64,000 nucleotides of DNA, taken from the NCBI RefSeq assembly GCF_009914755.1, contig NC_060925.1. One strand, written 5' to 3'. Position 1 is the stretch's first letter. Each line of letters opens with the position of its first letter. The stretch is from the human T2T-CHM13v2.0 reference genome, Homo sapiens. The position numbers and the translations under genes were made by a program. Positions 13,446 to 28,064 of this stretch are shown piece after piece. The notes beneath the pieces are model-generated. The model was not told where the DNA came from. It was given only the letters and a program-made list of their open reading frames with translations, and did no database searches.

Positions 13446-14847
13446 TAAACAAAGGACAAGATCAATCTCCAGGGAATTCTGAGGATTTACTTTCAATTAT
13501 ATTTGCTTACAAAGCTAAATAACCTTCTAGAGCACTTTTCCAGGCCTCTGACTATATTTTTCTGCTACAAATCTGCATAACTTTAAGTTTTTATGATTGT
13601 ATCAAATATGCGGAAAAATTAAGGGTGGAATTGGGAAGGTTTCAAATAGGTCTCAAACAGGTGAGCAAGGAAATTAATATGCAAAATGAGTTATCTGACC
13701 TTAAAGTGATCATACTTAGTTACCGTATTTTCTATGAGCTATCAAGTGACAGCACATTACCTAAGCCAGAGATGGAAGGAAGAAAGTGGATTTTCACATT
13801 TACTGTGCCTGATGTGAAACTGAAGCATGCCTCAGAGGACGGCATGTTTTTAATTATTCCTACATGGTATTTCAGAAATCAACATTTTCTCCAAGTCCAA
13901 TTTATTTGGGCAAAAACAGGATTCTATTTCTATCTTTTCGCTAACTTTTTAAAGTGTTAAAGGAACTCTTTTAAATATCTTCTCAAAAGCACAGCTAGGA
14001 AAGGACTTGGCTATTTGATTACCCTCTCAAACAAAGGAGGCTCTATCCTCCTTTGATAGAGCCACACAGCAGGCTCTATCAGCCACGGTGAAGGAACTTA
14101 CTAGCCAGATGATTTTTTCTAAACTATCTGCAGTGAAATGACCGACCATTTAGCATTCACATGAAGATAATGAGATCCCGAAGTTGATATTCTCTGATAA
14201 TCATTAGGGGAAGTGAATGGTTTTTTAGGAGCTGGAGCTAATGTTTCATGCTGCTTGTAATTTCCTAACAGCAGAAAATTTATTAAACGAACTATTTTTT
14301 CCATACCCAGAAGACTGAAAACTGTCTTAACAGAGGAGCGAACATAACCACATCAGAGAAAAGACCATTAGATTTCAGATTATGCTCTGCCTTTTATATT
14401 CACAAAACACCAGAGGAGGAAGATGCAGGCATCAATAGATTTAGTTGATAAAACCCCACTGTGCCCTTGAGTACCCTCTGAAGCCCAGGAACCAGCACAT
14501 TCTACTCCAGCTCTAGACAGCGCTATCTAACCCAGACATAAAACCTATCTTCCTAGGCTGCCATGGCCACAGAATTGCTTCTCAACTAAATTTCACTGGA
14601 ACAAGAAAGGACAGGTTGGAAAACAACAGGAGCCCAGGTGATAAGGGTCAACAGAAATGACAATCATGGCTAGATTCCTGGGGAGAGCCATCTGCAACAA
14701 CATGTCATTTAAACATGCTGGCCAGACCCAGAGGCAGATTTCACAGAGCAGAAGTCTTCAAGTGACTCCAGTGAAGTGGCACCAGGCAGTGGGAGAAGAG
14801 AGGTCATTTTGCATGAAGGCAGCAATTAAAAAGGGTTTATGGCCTAC

Positions 14848-14993
14848 CTGATGAGAGATTCTAGAATGGCAGGGGTGGGGCCTTTCTGGAACTCCAGTTC
14901 TTTGTAGTGTAGTGCTTTGGCATATGCTCGGCACTTGGCAGCTCTCTCACCCAGCAGAACAATGCCATTGTCATCTCTCAGTGGCAGGGGGCC
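14848..14993 (-). CDS. MTOR: MTOR exon 28 (not in ORF track)
   Basis: [48 protein letters not shown](S); cag|...|gtag; 146 nt. Confidence 0.97.
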
Positions 14994-15130
14994 CTGGAGA
15001 AGAGCAAAACCTCACAGCACAGGAAAATGGCAGATGGGGCACAAACAAGAGAAGGCTGTGTGGATGCTTCTCTCCTCCCACCAGCTGGTTCCCTGTCAGC
15101 CTCCATCTGGACAATGGGGAAAAGTCTCAC

Positions 15131-15293
15131 CTTGTCACTGTGTTCCATGAATTCAGCCAAGTTTAAGAGGGTCTGTGTGACTTCAGCGATGTCTTGTGAG
15201 GTGAGGGCCAACTCGATGCTTCTGATGAGCTCATCCTGTTGATCTTCATTCAGTTCAGACCAGCAGGACACAAATGCAGCATTGAAGAGATCC
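15131..15293 (-). CDS. MTOR: MTOR exon 27
   Basis: [54 protein letters not shown]; AG/GT; 163 nt. Confidence 0.97.
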
Positions 15294-15417
15294 CTGAAGG
15301 CAGAGAAGGTGGAAAATGGAGAGACCTCCCGTGCCTCTGCCTGCTGCCTCAAAGTCACACCTATCAATTCGCTTTTGGCATCACTGATTTTGGTTATACA
15401 AACCAGTGCTATACAGA

Positions 15418-15570
15418 CCAGTGCTGTCCAAGAGAATTTTCCTGTCCAATATGGTAGCCAGTGATCACTAAAGCACTTGAACTGTGGCAAGTGTGGCCAA
15501 GGAACTGAATTTTACATTTTATTTATTTTTAATTAACCACATATGGCTAGTGTCTACTGAATTTTACACT
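15418..15570. mobile_element. MER3/MER33-like hAT remnant
   Basis: gctgtccaa...tatggtagcca...gaactgaattttacattttattt...cacatatggctagtg motifs. Confidence 0.6.
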
Positions 15571-16323
15571 GCAGGTACAGACATTGTGATATTCAGGGAC
15601 TTGGGGGGCGAGTGGCAGGGCGGGGAGAAGAGCAGAGCAAAGTGACTTTTCTCCAAAGGAATATTTCTTGGCAGTTTTTGCATTATTTCTCTTCACTGGA
15701 GGAAATGGGAAATGAACAGTATAGGGACTTCTAACATAGAAGTTGGCATTAACAAATGCAGAAAATAATAATCATTAAATGATTCTTGGGATGTTTCTGG
15801 GACAATGTCTAAATTCTTAAGGTCAGAAATGTCAAAGGCAGCATCTGCAATTGCTTTCAAAATATAACCAGAATCCTTAGTTGGATGGTCATAAAAAATG
15901 ACAACAGGACTAGAAGCATTAGCAAATAGGATCCAAATCCTTAAGTTCTAAAAGATTTTCTAAGCCAACAGTTGGGGCCTCACAAAGACATGGAACCAGA
16001 GGTTCCATTTCAAAGATTACTATGACCACTTTACATTACCACAGTACCACATGATGGACACATTTGCCATCCCTTACATCTAACATTAATTCTGTCCTCC
16101 CCACTGTTCTGGTGACTGTGCGGGGAAGGAAATGGGAAAAAACAGGATATACCTACAATGGATAGATTTAGCATTTGATGCCTCTATACCTATTTTCTGT
16201 TACATATTAACAGGTTAAGTTAGACCAATGTGTATAATTTTGGAATTTGATAGAAAAAACAAAATTTGAAATCCAAAGGATCAAATGAAGACCAAAAAAA
16301 GTCTGTTATAAATTTAAAAATAA

Positions 16324-16768
16324 GGCCAGGCGTGGTGGCTCACGCCTGTAATCCCAGTACTTTGGGGGGCTGAGGCGGGCGGATCACAAGGTCAGGAGAT
16401 CGAGACCATCCTGGCTAACATGGTGAAACCCCGTCTCTACTAAAAATACAAAAAATTAGCCGGGCGCGGTGGTGGTGGCCTGTAGTCCCAGCTTCTCAGG
16501 AGGCTGAGGCAGGAGAATGGCTTGAACCTGGGAGGCAGAGTTTGCAGTGAGCCAAGATCACACCACTGCACTCCAGCCTGGGCAACAGAGCGAGACTCTG
16601 TTTCAAAAAAAAAAAAAAAATTAAAAGTAAGTTTTCGGAGCCAGGTAATTACAGTCGCTGGTCATCCTGGTGACTTGGGAGGCTGAGGCAGGAGGATCTC
16701 TTGAGATTAGCAGTTCAAGACCAGCCAGGGCAATAACCAAGACCTTCATCTCTAAAATCATAAAAAAA
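16324..16768 (+). mobile_element. AluY-like followed by a FLAM-like monomer
   Basis: Alu 16324-16620, monomer about 16638-16768. Confidence 0.85.
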
Positions 16769-17407
16769 GTTTTCCTGATCTAGGTCAGAGGCCACATTGG
16801 ATCTTGAATGAACGTATTTGGGACTAAGGGGATAAAAACATTGTGTATATCACAAGCCTCTCATGGATAACACTGTGCTCAGAGGTGACTGGAGAGAAAA
16901 GAGGAATAATAAATACATCAGCTGAGTACATGATATCTCCACACTACGGAAACAGGGAAGTCCTAGAAACTATTTTAAAGCATTAAAAAATACTTGAAAG
17001 AAATTAGAGGATGCAAATCATGGCATCAAACCAACAGTCTCAGGGGCCATCACTACTGCTAAATATATATCATAACAGCAAACCAGCTGCTGACAAAAAT
17101 GAAGTGAAATGCCTTGCTTTCTGCTTCTTGCCAATGCGAAGGGCTGCTTATTAATTAAATCACCATTTTATGCCTCATTATAAATAATTAATATCCAATG
17201 CAGAAAAATTTAAGAAATAAAGAAGAGAATAAAAAAGAAAATAATCACTCCTTAAGCCTTCCCTAAAGATAACCATTGCTATATTACTTTCTAATCTTTA
17301 TCCTATTCACATTTATTTTAATTTTCAATTTTGTATTCCATTTTATTTACTTACATTATATTATAAATCTTTCACATGCATTAGAAGTTTTATAAACCAA
17401 AAAAAAA

Positions 17408-17695
17408 TTTTTTTGAGATGCAGTCTTGCTCTGCCATCTAGGCTGGAATGCAGGGGCACGATTGTGGCTCTCTGCAGCCTCTAAACTCCTGGACTCAAGT
17501 AATCCCCCCGCCTTAGCCTCCTGAGTAGCTAGGATTACAGCTTCATGCCACCACGCTTGGCTAATTTTTCATTTTTGTAGAGATAGAGTCTCGCTAGGTT
17601 GCCCAGGCTGGTCTTGAACTCTTGGCCTCAAGTGATCCTCCTGTCTCAGCCTCCTAGAGTGCTGAGATTATAGGCAGGAGCCACAATGCCCAGCC
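17408..17695 (-). mobile_element. AluJ-like
   Basis: reverse-complement Alu. Confidence 0.85.
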
Positions 17696-17737
17696 TGTAA
17701 ACCAAATTTTAAATGGCTGTTTAAGATTTACTATTTA

Positions 17738-18031
17738 GGCCGGGCACAGTGGCTCATGCCTGTAATCCCAGCACTCTGGGAGGCCGAGGTGGGCAGATTG
17801 CGAGGTCAGGAGATCGAGACCATCCTGGCTAACATGGTGAAATCCCATCTCTACTAAAAGTACAAAAAATTGGCCAGGTGTGCACCTGTAGTCCCAGCTC
17901 ATTGGGAGGCTGAGGCAGGAGAATGGCTTGAACCTGGGAAGTAGAGGTTGCGGTGAGCCAAGATCGCGCCACTGCACTCCAGCCTGGGAAACAGAGCAAA
18001 ACTCCGTCTCAAAAAAAAAAAAAAAAAAAAA
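17738..18031 (+). mobile_element. AluY/Sc-like
   Basis: Alu consensus; TSD aagatttactattta. Confidence 0.9.
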
Positions 18032-18062
18032 GATTTACTATTTAAAACAATATTTTTTTTGG

Positions 18063-19274
<1,212 letters not shown>

Positions 19275-19277
19275 ATT

Positions 19278-19830
19278 CTGGCAAATTCTATTTTCCAAAG
19301 ATGTCTGCAACAGTGGCTCCTGTCCCATATAGTCTGTTAGAATATTACTTCTCCTCTCTCAAGAGGTGGGTGCCCATGTCTTCTTCCTTTGAGCCTGACT
19401 GCGCCTTTGTGGCTGCCTTGAGCAACAGGGCAAGGCAGAAGTGACTCTTCATGACTTCCAAGACTCTTTATGACTTAGATCATAAAAACACCATGCTCTT
19501 CTACTACCTCGTTCTCTTGGGACACTCACTCTTGAAGCCAGTCACCATCTGTGAGAAGGCCCAAGCAAACTCATGGAGTGATCCCATGGAGAGGAACCAA
19601 GGCCCCCAGCCAGAGCTGGGTTCCTAGTCGAGAGTCACCTGCACTTTGCCAGACACACAAGCCAGCCTTGAATGCGGATCCTCCATCCTGCCCCAGTCAA
19701 ACCATCTCCACTGACACCATGTGGAGCAGAGGCGAGCTGTCCCAAAAGTCCTCCCAAATTGCAGATTCAGGAGTAAAATAAATAACTGTTATTGTTTCAG
19801 ACCTTTTTTTTCCTGTGGTATTTGTAACAA
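19278..19830 (+). mobile_element. MLT1-type (ERVL-MaLR) LTR remnant
   Basis: gccagtcaccatctgtgagaaggcccaag...aaataaataactgttattgtttc resembles MLT1. Confidence 0.55.
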
Positions 19831-20150
19831 ACAGCAATAATTAGAATACCATTGTTATTGGAAATAGGTTACATTCAACTATTACACAGTTGCTTTTAGA
19901 GTTATAAATAACTTTGTAATTAAAATGTTAGACCTAAAGCTACTAGAAAAAGGAATTTGTGGTCTACTAGCAAGGTTAAGATAGATGCTACAGTATGAGC
20001 TTGTTGAATTTGTCTTTCTCTTTCTTTGTATCCCACAAAATTAGAAAAATTAAAAATACCAGCCCCTTGATTATTACTTCTAATAAAAACTAATTTGTAT
20101 ATATCGTTTTCTATGTGCTGATCTTCTCCACCCGCCCTGACACACTATAC

Positions 20151-20293
20151 CTGGCCATCGGGTTGTAGGCCTGTGCCAGGGCCCAGCAGGAGCGCAGGGA
20201 GGGCGATGATGAGTCCTTCAGCAGCTCCAGGCTCAGCCGTCTCAGCCATTCCAGCCAGTCATCTTTGGAGACCCTCCTGGCAGCGCCCCAGGC
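20151..20293 (-). CDS. MTOR: MTOR exon 26
   Basis: AWGAARRVSKDDWLEWLRRLSLELLKDSSSPSLRSCWALAQAYNPMA(R); 143 nt. Confidence 0.97.
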
Positions 20294-20904
20294 CTGTGAT
20301 CCCACAGGTGACAATGGAAAACAATCAGTTTCAAGGGCCAATTGAAAAAAGTCCTCATCTATTTAATGATTATTCTACTTTTAGATTTATAAAATCCATC
20401 TTTCACGATAAAATTCCCCTAGAGTACAAATACAAAAGAATAATATTTAATTAAGAACAGCAACTCTGGAACATACCACACTGTGGAAAAAGCCTGTTTC
20501 ACAACTCCTTTGTGCTGGACTCTGACTGCAGCAAAGGAGCACTACAGAACCAGAATACATGGGATTGCCACACTCGGGTGCATTCGACAAAGCCTAATGG
20601 GCTCCAGCAGGGCATGAAGGGAGCTGTGTCCTCTGCATTAGAACACCAGCTCATCTGACAGTGAAGAGTCACGCAAGAAGAGGGAAAAGGCTCAGGTTTA
20701 CACCATAGTGAATCATGTTGCAACCAGGTGAGCAGTGAGCCCAAAGCACATGGCACTGTGGTAAAACAAGAAAAAGGGGTTGAACAGATTTAATTTCTAC
20801 TCTATCCCCTCCAACTTCTCTCAAAACTCTGAACTCTCCAGACATCAAGAGTTACTACCAGGGGCAGCTTATTCAGGTGGGTGGAAAGGCTGAGGTTTTG
20901 GAGA

Positions 20905-22180
20905 ACAGTATAGTGTAGTGGGCAACAGCTACACTTGACTCAATGGCTTCAGTTCAAATCCCAGTTATATAACATAATTGGCTCTCTGATCTTTGGCAAG
21001 TCACTTAACTCCCCTGTGCCTTAGTTTCCTCATCTGTAAAATGAGGATTATAGTTTCTGCTTCCTGGGGTGTTTTAAGTTAATAAATGTAATGAATTTAT
21101 AACAGTGCTTGGCACAAAGTTAGTACTATTTGCCTAGTTCTCTAAAGTTAGAAACACCTGCCTGGGATCCTGGCTCTTCCACTCAGCAGCTGTAACACCC
21201 TGGGCAAATTACTTGTATTTTGCAGCTGAGCCTCAGAGTGCCTCATCTAAGGATAATGTGTCTAAATGGCTTAGCCGGAATAAAGGAGCAAAAAATGATT
21301 GTTATTATTGTCAAAACAACACCTATTTGAACTGGCCTAGGCCTAACTACACTAAATCCCTAACTTTTAAAATATGTTCTTCATAGATTTTTCCAGCAGG
21401 ACACATCAATCCTCCCTAAATGGGGGAAATCATGTAAGACAGAGCAGAAGGTCTCAAACTTTGGACTAGTGAAGTGGTCCAGTGAGTGAAAAGACCCCCA
21501 GGTGCTATACCATCAAGGACTCAACCATCACCTCCCTGGGATACACTGGAGATGTGCTGTTGCTTCTAAAGAGTTACGGATGAATAGAATTAGACAACCT
21601 ATCACTTTATGTCAAAAACCGAAGCAGAAATGTTACAAGAGACAAACTAAATAATACCACTGACCATACAACGAGAACCTCTGAATGAGAAGGAAGAGGG
21701 AGACTAGATACCAAAGACTGATTTTTAGACCTTGCTCTGTTGAGCACAATGGGAACATCCAGTCCTTTCCTGCCCACAGATACCTGGTTTCTTCCCTACA
21801 AGATGGGTTTGTGTGTAGCTGTATTATATTATACAGCAATTGTTAAAAGCTGCACATAAACAGGGAAGTATTACTAGTTTCTTTTTCCCTCTAATGAAAT
21901 GAGGTTGGGCCTGGGTAAGGCAGAGACAATTCAACACAGTGGTTAAGAGAGTGGGCTCTGGAGTCATGCTATCTAGGTCAAATCCCAGCTCCACCATTGA
22001 TGCTAGTTGACACTGGGCAAATTACTTAACCCGTCAGTGCCTCACGGTCCACATCTGTAAAGTGGGACAGCAACGACAGCACCTAACTCATGGGGTTATC
22101 ATGAAGATTAAATGAGTTAATATAGTGTTCCACCACAGTGCTTGACACACGGAAAGCACTCAATAAATGTCAGTTGTTAC
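20905..22180 (+). mobile_element. MIR fragments (about 20905-21125, 21150-21300, 21930-22180)
   Basis: core motif gggcaagtcacttaac...gtttcctcatctgtaaaatg. Confidence 0.7.
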
Positions 22181-22694
22181 TATTACTTGATAAATGGCAG
22201 TAAATAGGTTTTCAAAAAATCATAGCTTAATTTATTGACTAGGCCAAGTCCCCCATGTGGCCCTTTCCCCCTGCTCTGTAAAACATTATCAACTCTCAAT
22301 TCTCTGGGTTCTATAACAACTGTGTAAACACGAGCTGCTTCCTCTTGCCATCCACCCACTGCTGATCGCCTCATCTGGTGATGCTGGTGCCTGTTCATGG
22401 AATGCCAGCTTACTCATGGTGAAGGTAAACCCAAACAGATTATCATTCAGACAGACAGTAAAGCTGCTGAAAATTCTGGAAGGCATTCTAGAAGTATACA
22501 TAAATGGTTTTTATGTTTTCTGTATCACATAAATCTAATATTATCATAACAAATAAAATGGTGACTGAGGTGGCAAATTGTTACTCTGAAAGTTGGTTAA
22601 GACTGATAAATGCACCAATCCCTAATTATCATCACATGATTATAAGGAGGCACAATTTACTTCTGAACAATGAGGTCTGCTGCCTTTTTTTGTC

Positions 22695-23385
22695 GTTGTT
22701 GTTGGTGAGACAGGGTCTTGCTCTGTTGCCTGTGCTGGAGTGGTGAAGTGGGATGATCACTGCTTACTGCAGCCTTGACCTCCCAGGCTCAAGAGATCCT
22801 CCCACCTTAGCCTCTCGAGTAGCTGGGACTACAGGCATGCACCACCATGTCCAGCTAATTTTTGTATTTTTTGTAGAGGGGGAATTTTGCCATGTTGCCC
22901 CAGCTGGTCTTGAACTCCTGGGCTCGAGTAATCCTCCCGCCTGGCTTCCCAAAGTGTTGGAATTACAGGCATGAGCCACTGCACCTGGCCCCCTACCTCT
23001 TTTTTTTTTTTTTTTTTGAAGAGAATCTTGCTCTGTCACCTGGGCTGGAGTGCAGTGGCGCAATCATAGCTCACTGCACCCTGGAACTCATGGGCTCAAG
23101 TGAACCTCCTGCCTCAGTCTCCTGAGTAGCTGGGACTACAGGCAGGTGCCACTCTGCTCAGCTAATTTTTAAAATTTTTTCAATTCCTTTTTTTTTTTTT
23201 TTTTTGAGACAGGGTCTTACTCTGTTGCCCAGGCTGAAATTAATTTTTTTCATTTTTCATTTTTATTATACAGATGGTGTTTTACTATGTTGCCCAGGCT
23301 GGTCTCAAACTCCTGCTTCAAGTGATTCTTCCATTTTGGCCTGCCAAATTACTGAGATTACAGGCATGAGCCACCATGCCCAGCT
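22695..23385 (-). mobile_element. Cluster of reverse Alus (one full, two partial)
   Basis: poly-T heads and reverse Alu consensus. Confidence 0.85.
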
Positions 23386-24394
23386 CCCACAATTTACTTC
23401 CCAATGAAATAGATCTGAGAGTGAGCTGTGGAGGATTCTGTCTAGAGTTTTGAACTTGATCTACTTTCTCAGGTGAGATAAACTAAGAGTCTTTCTTTTG
23501 TCTATCTGGCAAGGTTTATGCTTATTTTTTCCAAGTCTGGGTAGAAAGCAAAACTTCCTGGAAGCAAACTAGATTACTGAGGAATTTCCTAAAATAGAGA
23601 GAACAAAGCTCTAAAGCAGGGTGGACGGCTGCCTGGTTGGAAGGACATTCTGAACCTAGTCAGGATGAAAACATCTGGGTGGAAATGTACATCTGGCCTC
23701 CTGCCTGGCCCCTCCCTCCAGTGTGAGGTGTCAGCAGGGTGGCCTCAATGATTACCTGGGAATGCCAAGTGACTGATAACCTTTTTCTTCCTCCTAAAGT
23801 CTCAGAGTAGCAGTTACAAAATCCCCAGAGGGAAAGCAGCATCACTCCTGACCCAGGAATATTTTACTACCTCCATCTTAACCCAGCAAACGTTTCTTAG
23901 CAGTGGTCACTTGAAGCTGTTTGTGTGAGTAAAGACTCTGAAACAACAGTAATAAACCCCCAGTGCTCCGCAAAGCTGGGCGTGAGCCCGTACACATGCA
24001 CAAAGGACTGTGTTCAAATCTTTATGGGTTTTTCCAAAAGAAGTGAACGAGTCAGCTAGGACACAGTCTTGCCCAGTTCTTCACCTCTATCTGCTGCTGC
24101 ACATGGAGTGAGATGGCTAATAGATGAAAAATAACACTGAAATCTAAACTGGAAGTTGCTTACAGTCACCAGAAACATGAAAGACTAATGCAAAATGGAA
24201 AATACTCGATGTGGTATATTTATTTAAAGTTGGTGAAGTAATTATGATTATTGTGCTCTGATTCACTAGAGATGCTTTGAAACTGCCTGTTTTTAGGTGG
24301 ATAGCTGATGGCATACATGGTGAAAAGCTGGTCATATCTTAGGCTTTGGCCAGCAGAGATAATTCAGTAATCACTTGGAAACATCTAAAACCTC

Positions 24395-24568
24395 ACTACT
24401 CAAAGTATGGTCCATGGACCAGCAGCATCACATTAGCTGGCAGCTTGTCAGAAATGCAGAATATCAGGCCCCAAATCAGACTGCCAACAACAGAATAAGC
24501 ATTTTTACAAGACTCCCAGCAACTGGTAAGCCCAATGAGTTTGAGAAGTTTGAAAAGCACTGTTTGAA
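24395..24568. mobile_element. MER5A-like remnant
   Basis: ctactcaaagtatggtcc...accagcagcatc...cttgtcagaaatgcagaat. Confidence 0.65.
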
Positions 24569-24901
24569 AGAGCCTTCATCAGTCTCAATGCCAACTAGGG
24601 GGCTCACTAGCTTTGTTCCCTTCATGTAAAAAATGAGAATGTATTTGCAACAAAAGGTTCTACCATCCATATTCCAAGGGAGCACAAAAGGACATTTTGT
24701 TCTCTACTTTTTCTCTATTCAAAACAAAATTACAATTTAGGCACCTGTAAAAAGACAAAATGATCTAAGTTCATGGTATCTAGATTTCTGGAAAAAACAC
24801 CTGGGCTGGTTTTCGGTTGCCCAGTTTAAACAGTTAAAAGTTTTGAGTAAGTGAGAAGAGCAGAGCTCTCCTTTCCCAGTCACCTGAAACAATGGACTTG
24901 C

Positions 24902-25048
24902 CTTTTGGAGGTTGATGGTGCTGACGTGCAGTTTCTTCATGGGTCCTGTTTCCACTGGTCCACTAGCCAATGCATCCCCTTGGCCACTCCTAAGCATCCG
25001 ATGCTGGTAAATCAAAGGATCCTCCTCTTCATCAGCAAGTGTGTATCC
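24902..25048 (-). CDS. MTOR: MTOR exon 25 (followed by GC donor)
   Basis: GYTLADEEEDPLIYQHRMLRSGQGDALASGPVETGPMKKLHVSTINLQK|gcaagt; 147 nt. Confidence 0.96.
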
Positions 25049-25454
25049 CTACAACCAAAGATTTATAGGAAACACCTATAACTCTACTAGATGCTTCTGG
25101 TTTAGGAAATATCCTTAAATTTTGGGAGGTGCAGACCTGGTAGAGCCAGGATTTCAGTAAGAAGTAAAAAGTTGCACATATGGACAAAATGAACCACAGA
25201 TGGGCTGACTCCCCAACTGTAGACAGTCTTTGCTAGTCACTCCTAGTTACTGACAAGCACTGACTTAGTATTAAGATCAAGCAACCATGCAACTAGCAAA
25301 GATAAACAATTGTCGGCAATGGGAAAAGTGATAAAGTGTTTGGAGCAAAGGTGGCAAACAGCCCCCATCCCCTGGCTTTTTAAAACTTTTTAAAAAGAAT
25401 CATCTATTCACTTATTTATTTGTGCCACTCCCTACCTGCCTATCTAATCGAACC

Positions 25455-26300
<846 letters not shown>

Positions 26301-26403
26301 ATTTACAGCCAAAAAGCTACACAAACTCCCATAGCCAAGATTACAAGAATATCAAGTAGTAAAGACAACAGGGACTTCAGAACAGAAAAGAAGTATAGTT
26401 CAC

Positions 26404-26496
26404 CTTGACAATTCTGCAGATGAGCACATCATAGCGCTGATGATTGATTCGGTGTCGCACCAGAACTTTATTCACCATTGGAATGAAAATTTGGTA
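26404..26496 (-). CDS. MTOR: MTOR exon 24
   Basis: YQIFIPMVNKVLVRHRINHQRYDVLICRIVK; tag|...|gtga; 93 nt. Confidence 0.96.
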
Positions 26497-26869
26497 CTAA
26501 AACAGGAGGGGGAAGAGATGAGAAACTATCATTTTGGAGAGTGGAGAAAAAGTAGAGGAAAAAATATTATACAACTACATTATGACCATTTCTTCTGGGT
26601 TTGTGGCTAGCTCTGTGATATTCAAAAGAATCCTTCTTCCCATCTCCCGTTATAATCCTAGTTCAAGTCCCCATCATCTGGTTTATGATGGTGGCCTCTT
26701 AACAGATCTTTGCTTCTGCCCTTGCCCCCGCAGCCTATTTTCCCACATGGCATTGAGTTATCATTTAAAAATATTAAGTCAGATCTTATTTTTCCTGTGT
26801 TCAAAGTCCACCAAAAACTTCCAGTCTTGCTCAGAGTAAAAGCCAAAGTACTTACAATGGCCCACAATA

Positions 26870-27760
26870 GTGATTTGCATATTTTAGTGGGCGTCAGAAT
26901 CACCTGGACAGCTCATGAAACCAGAGACTGCTGGGCTCCACAGCTAGAGGATCTGATTCAGTAGGTCTTAGGTGAGATGAGGTCTTGCTCTGTTGCCCAG
27001 GCTGGAGTGCAATGGCACAATTATGGGGGTCACTGCAGTCTGGAACTCCTGGGCTCAAGCGATCCCTCTGCCTTAGCCTCCTGAGTAGCTGGGACCACAG
27101 GCACGTGTTCCTACGCCTGGCTAAGTTTTAAATTTTTTTGTGGAGACAGGGTCTTGCTATGTCTGGAGTTGGTCTCCAACTCCTGATCTCAAGCAATCCT
27201 CTTGCCTCAGCCTCCCAAGTTGCTGGAATTACGGGTGTGAGTCACTGTGCCTAGCTCAAGAATCTGCATTTCTAACAAGTTCTCAGGTATGTAGACACTG
27301 ATACTGCTTGTCCAGGAATGATATTTTGAGAGCTCCAGGCCTACAAAATCTAGTCTCTACTATTCTGCCTTATCTCCATCACCTTAACTACAAGCACTTC
27401 CCCATTGCTTGCTCCTCTGAAGTCACACTGCTTTCCTGCTGTGCCCTGAACTCTTTGAGCAAGCTGCCACCTCAACCTTAGCACTTGCTATTTCTTCTCC
27501 TTGCATCCAATTCTTTGCAACCAGGCCTTTATTTTATCTAGGTCTCTGCTTGAGTGTCAACTGATCAGAGGTCTTCTCTGTCTACCCTAAATAAAGAGCA
27601 CTTCTCCCCACTTCAACCCATCACTCTTAAGAAACAAACTGTTTATTTGCTTTGCTTCATCAGGATGGAAGCTCTATGAGAGCAAGGACTTTATTCTGTT
27701 TACCGTGTTACCCCCAGAACGGCACTTAGCTCACATAGGTTGCTCAATAAATGTTTGCTG
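26870..27760. mobile_element. MER5A remnant split by reverse AluJ (about 26972-27255) within L2 fragments
   Basis: cagaatcacctgg...aatctgcatttctaacaag; L2 3' end ctcaataaatgtttgctgaa. Confidence 0.65.
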
Positions 27761-27901
27761 AACACATGAAAAGAAAAAAAGCAAGTAATTCCACGTTCTC
27801 TGATGGTGGCTGGCATCAGACAAAGTCTGAGTGGCTCACAGACAAAGTCTTCTTTCCAAATAAGGCAGAAGAGCACCTGTCTGTCCAGACTCCCATCTTA
27901 C

Positions 27902-28064
27902 CTTCTTCCCCAGCTGAAAAACAAGTGAAGACAGCGTGTCCATGGCTGTGGAGCGCAGTTCTGGGCTCTGGTCCAGTGTTCGAACAATAGGGTGAATGAT
28001 CCGGGAGGCATAGTCAGTGAAATCCAGGGACTCCGTCAGGCGGTCCACAGTCTCTAGCGCTGCC
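27902..28064 (-). CDS. MTOR: MTOR exon 23
   Basis: AALETVDRLTESLDFTDYASRIIHPIVRTLDQSPELRSTAMDTLSSLVFQLGKK|gtaag; 163 nt. Confidence 0.97.
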
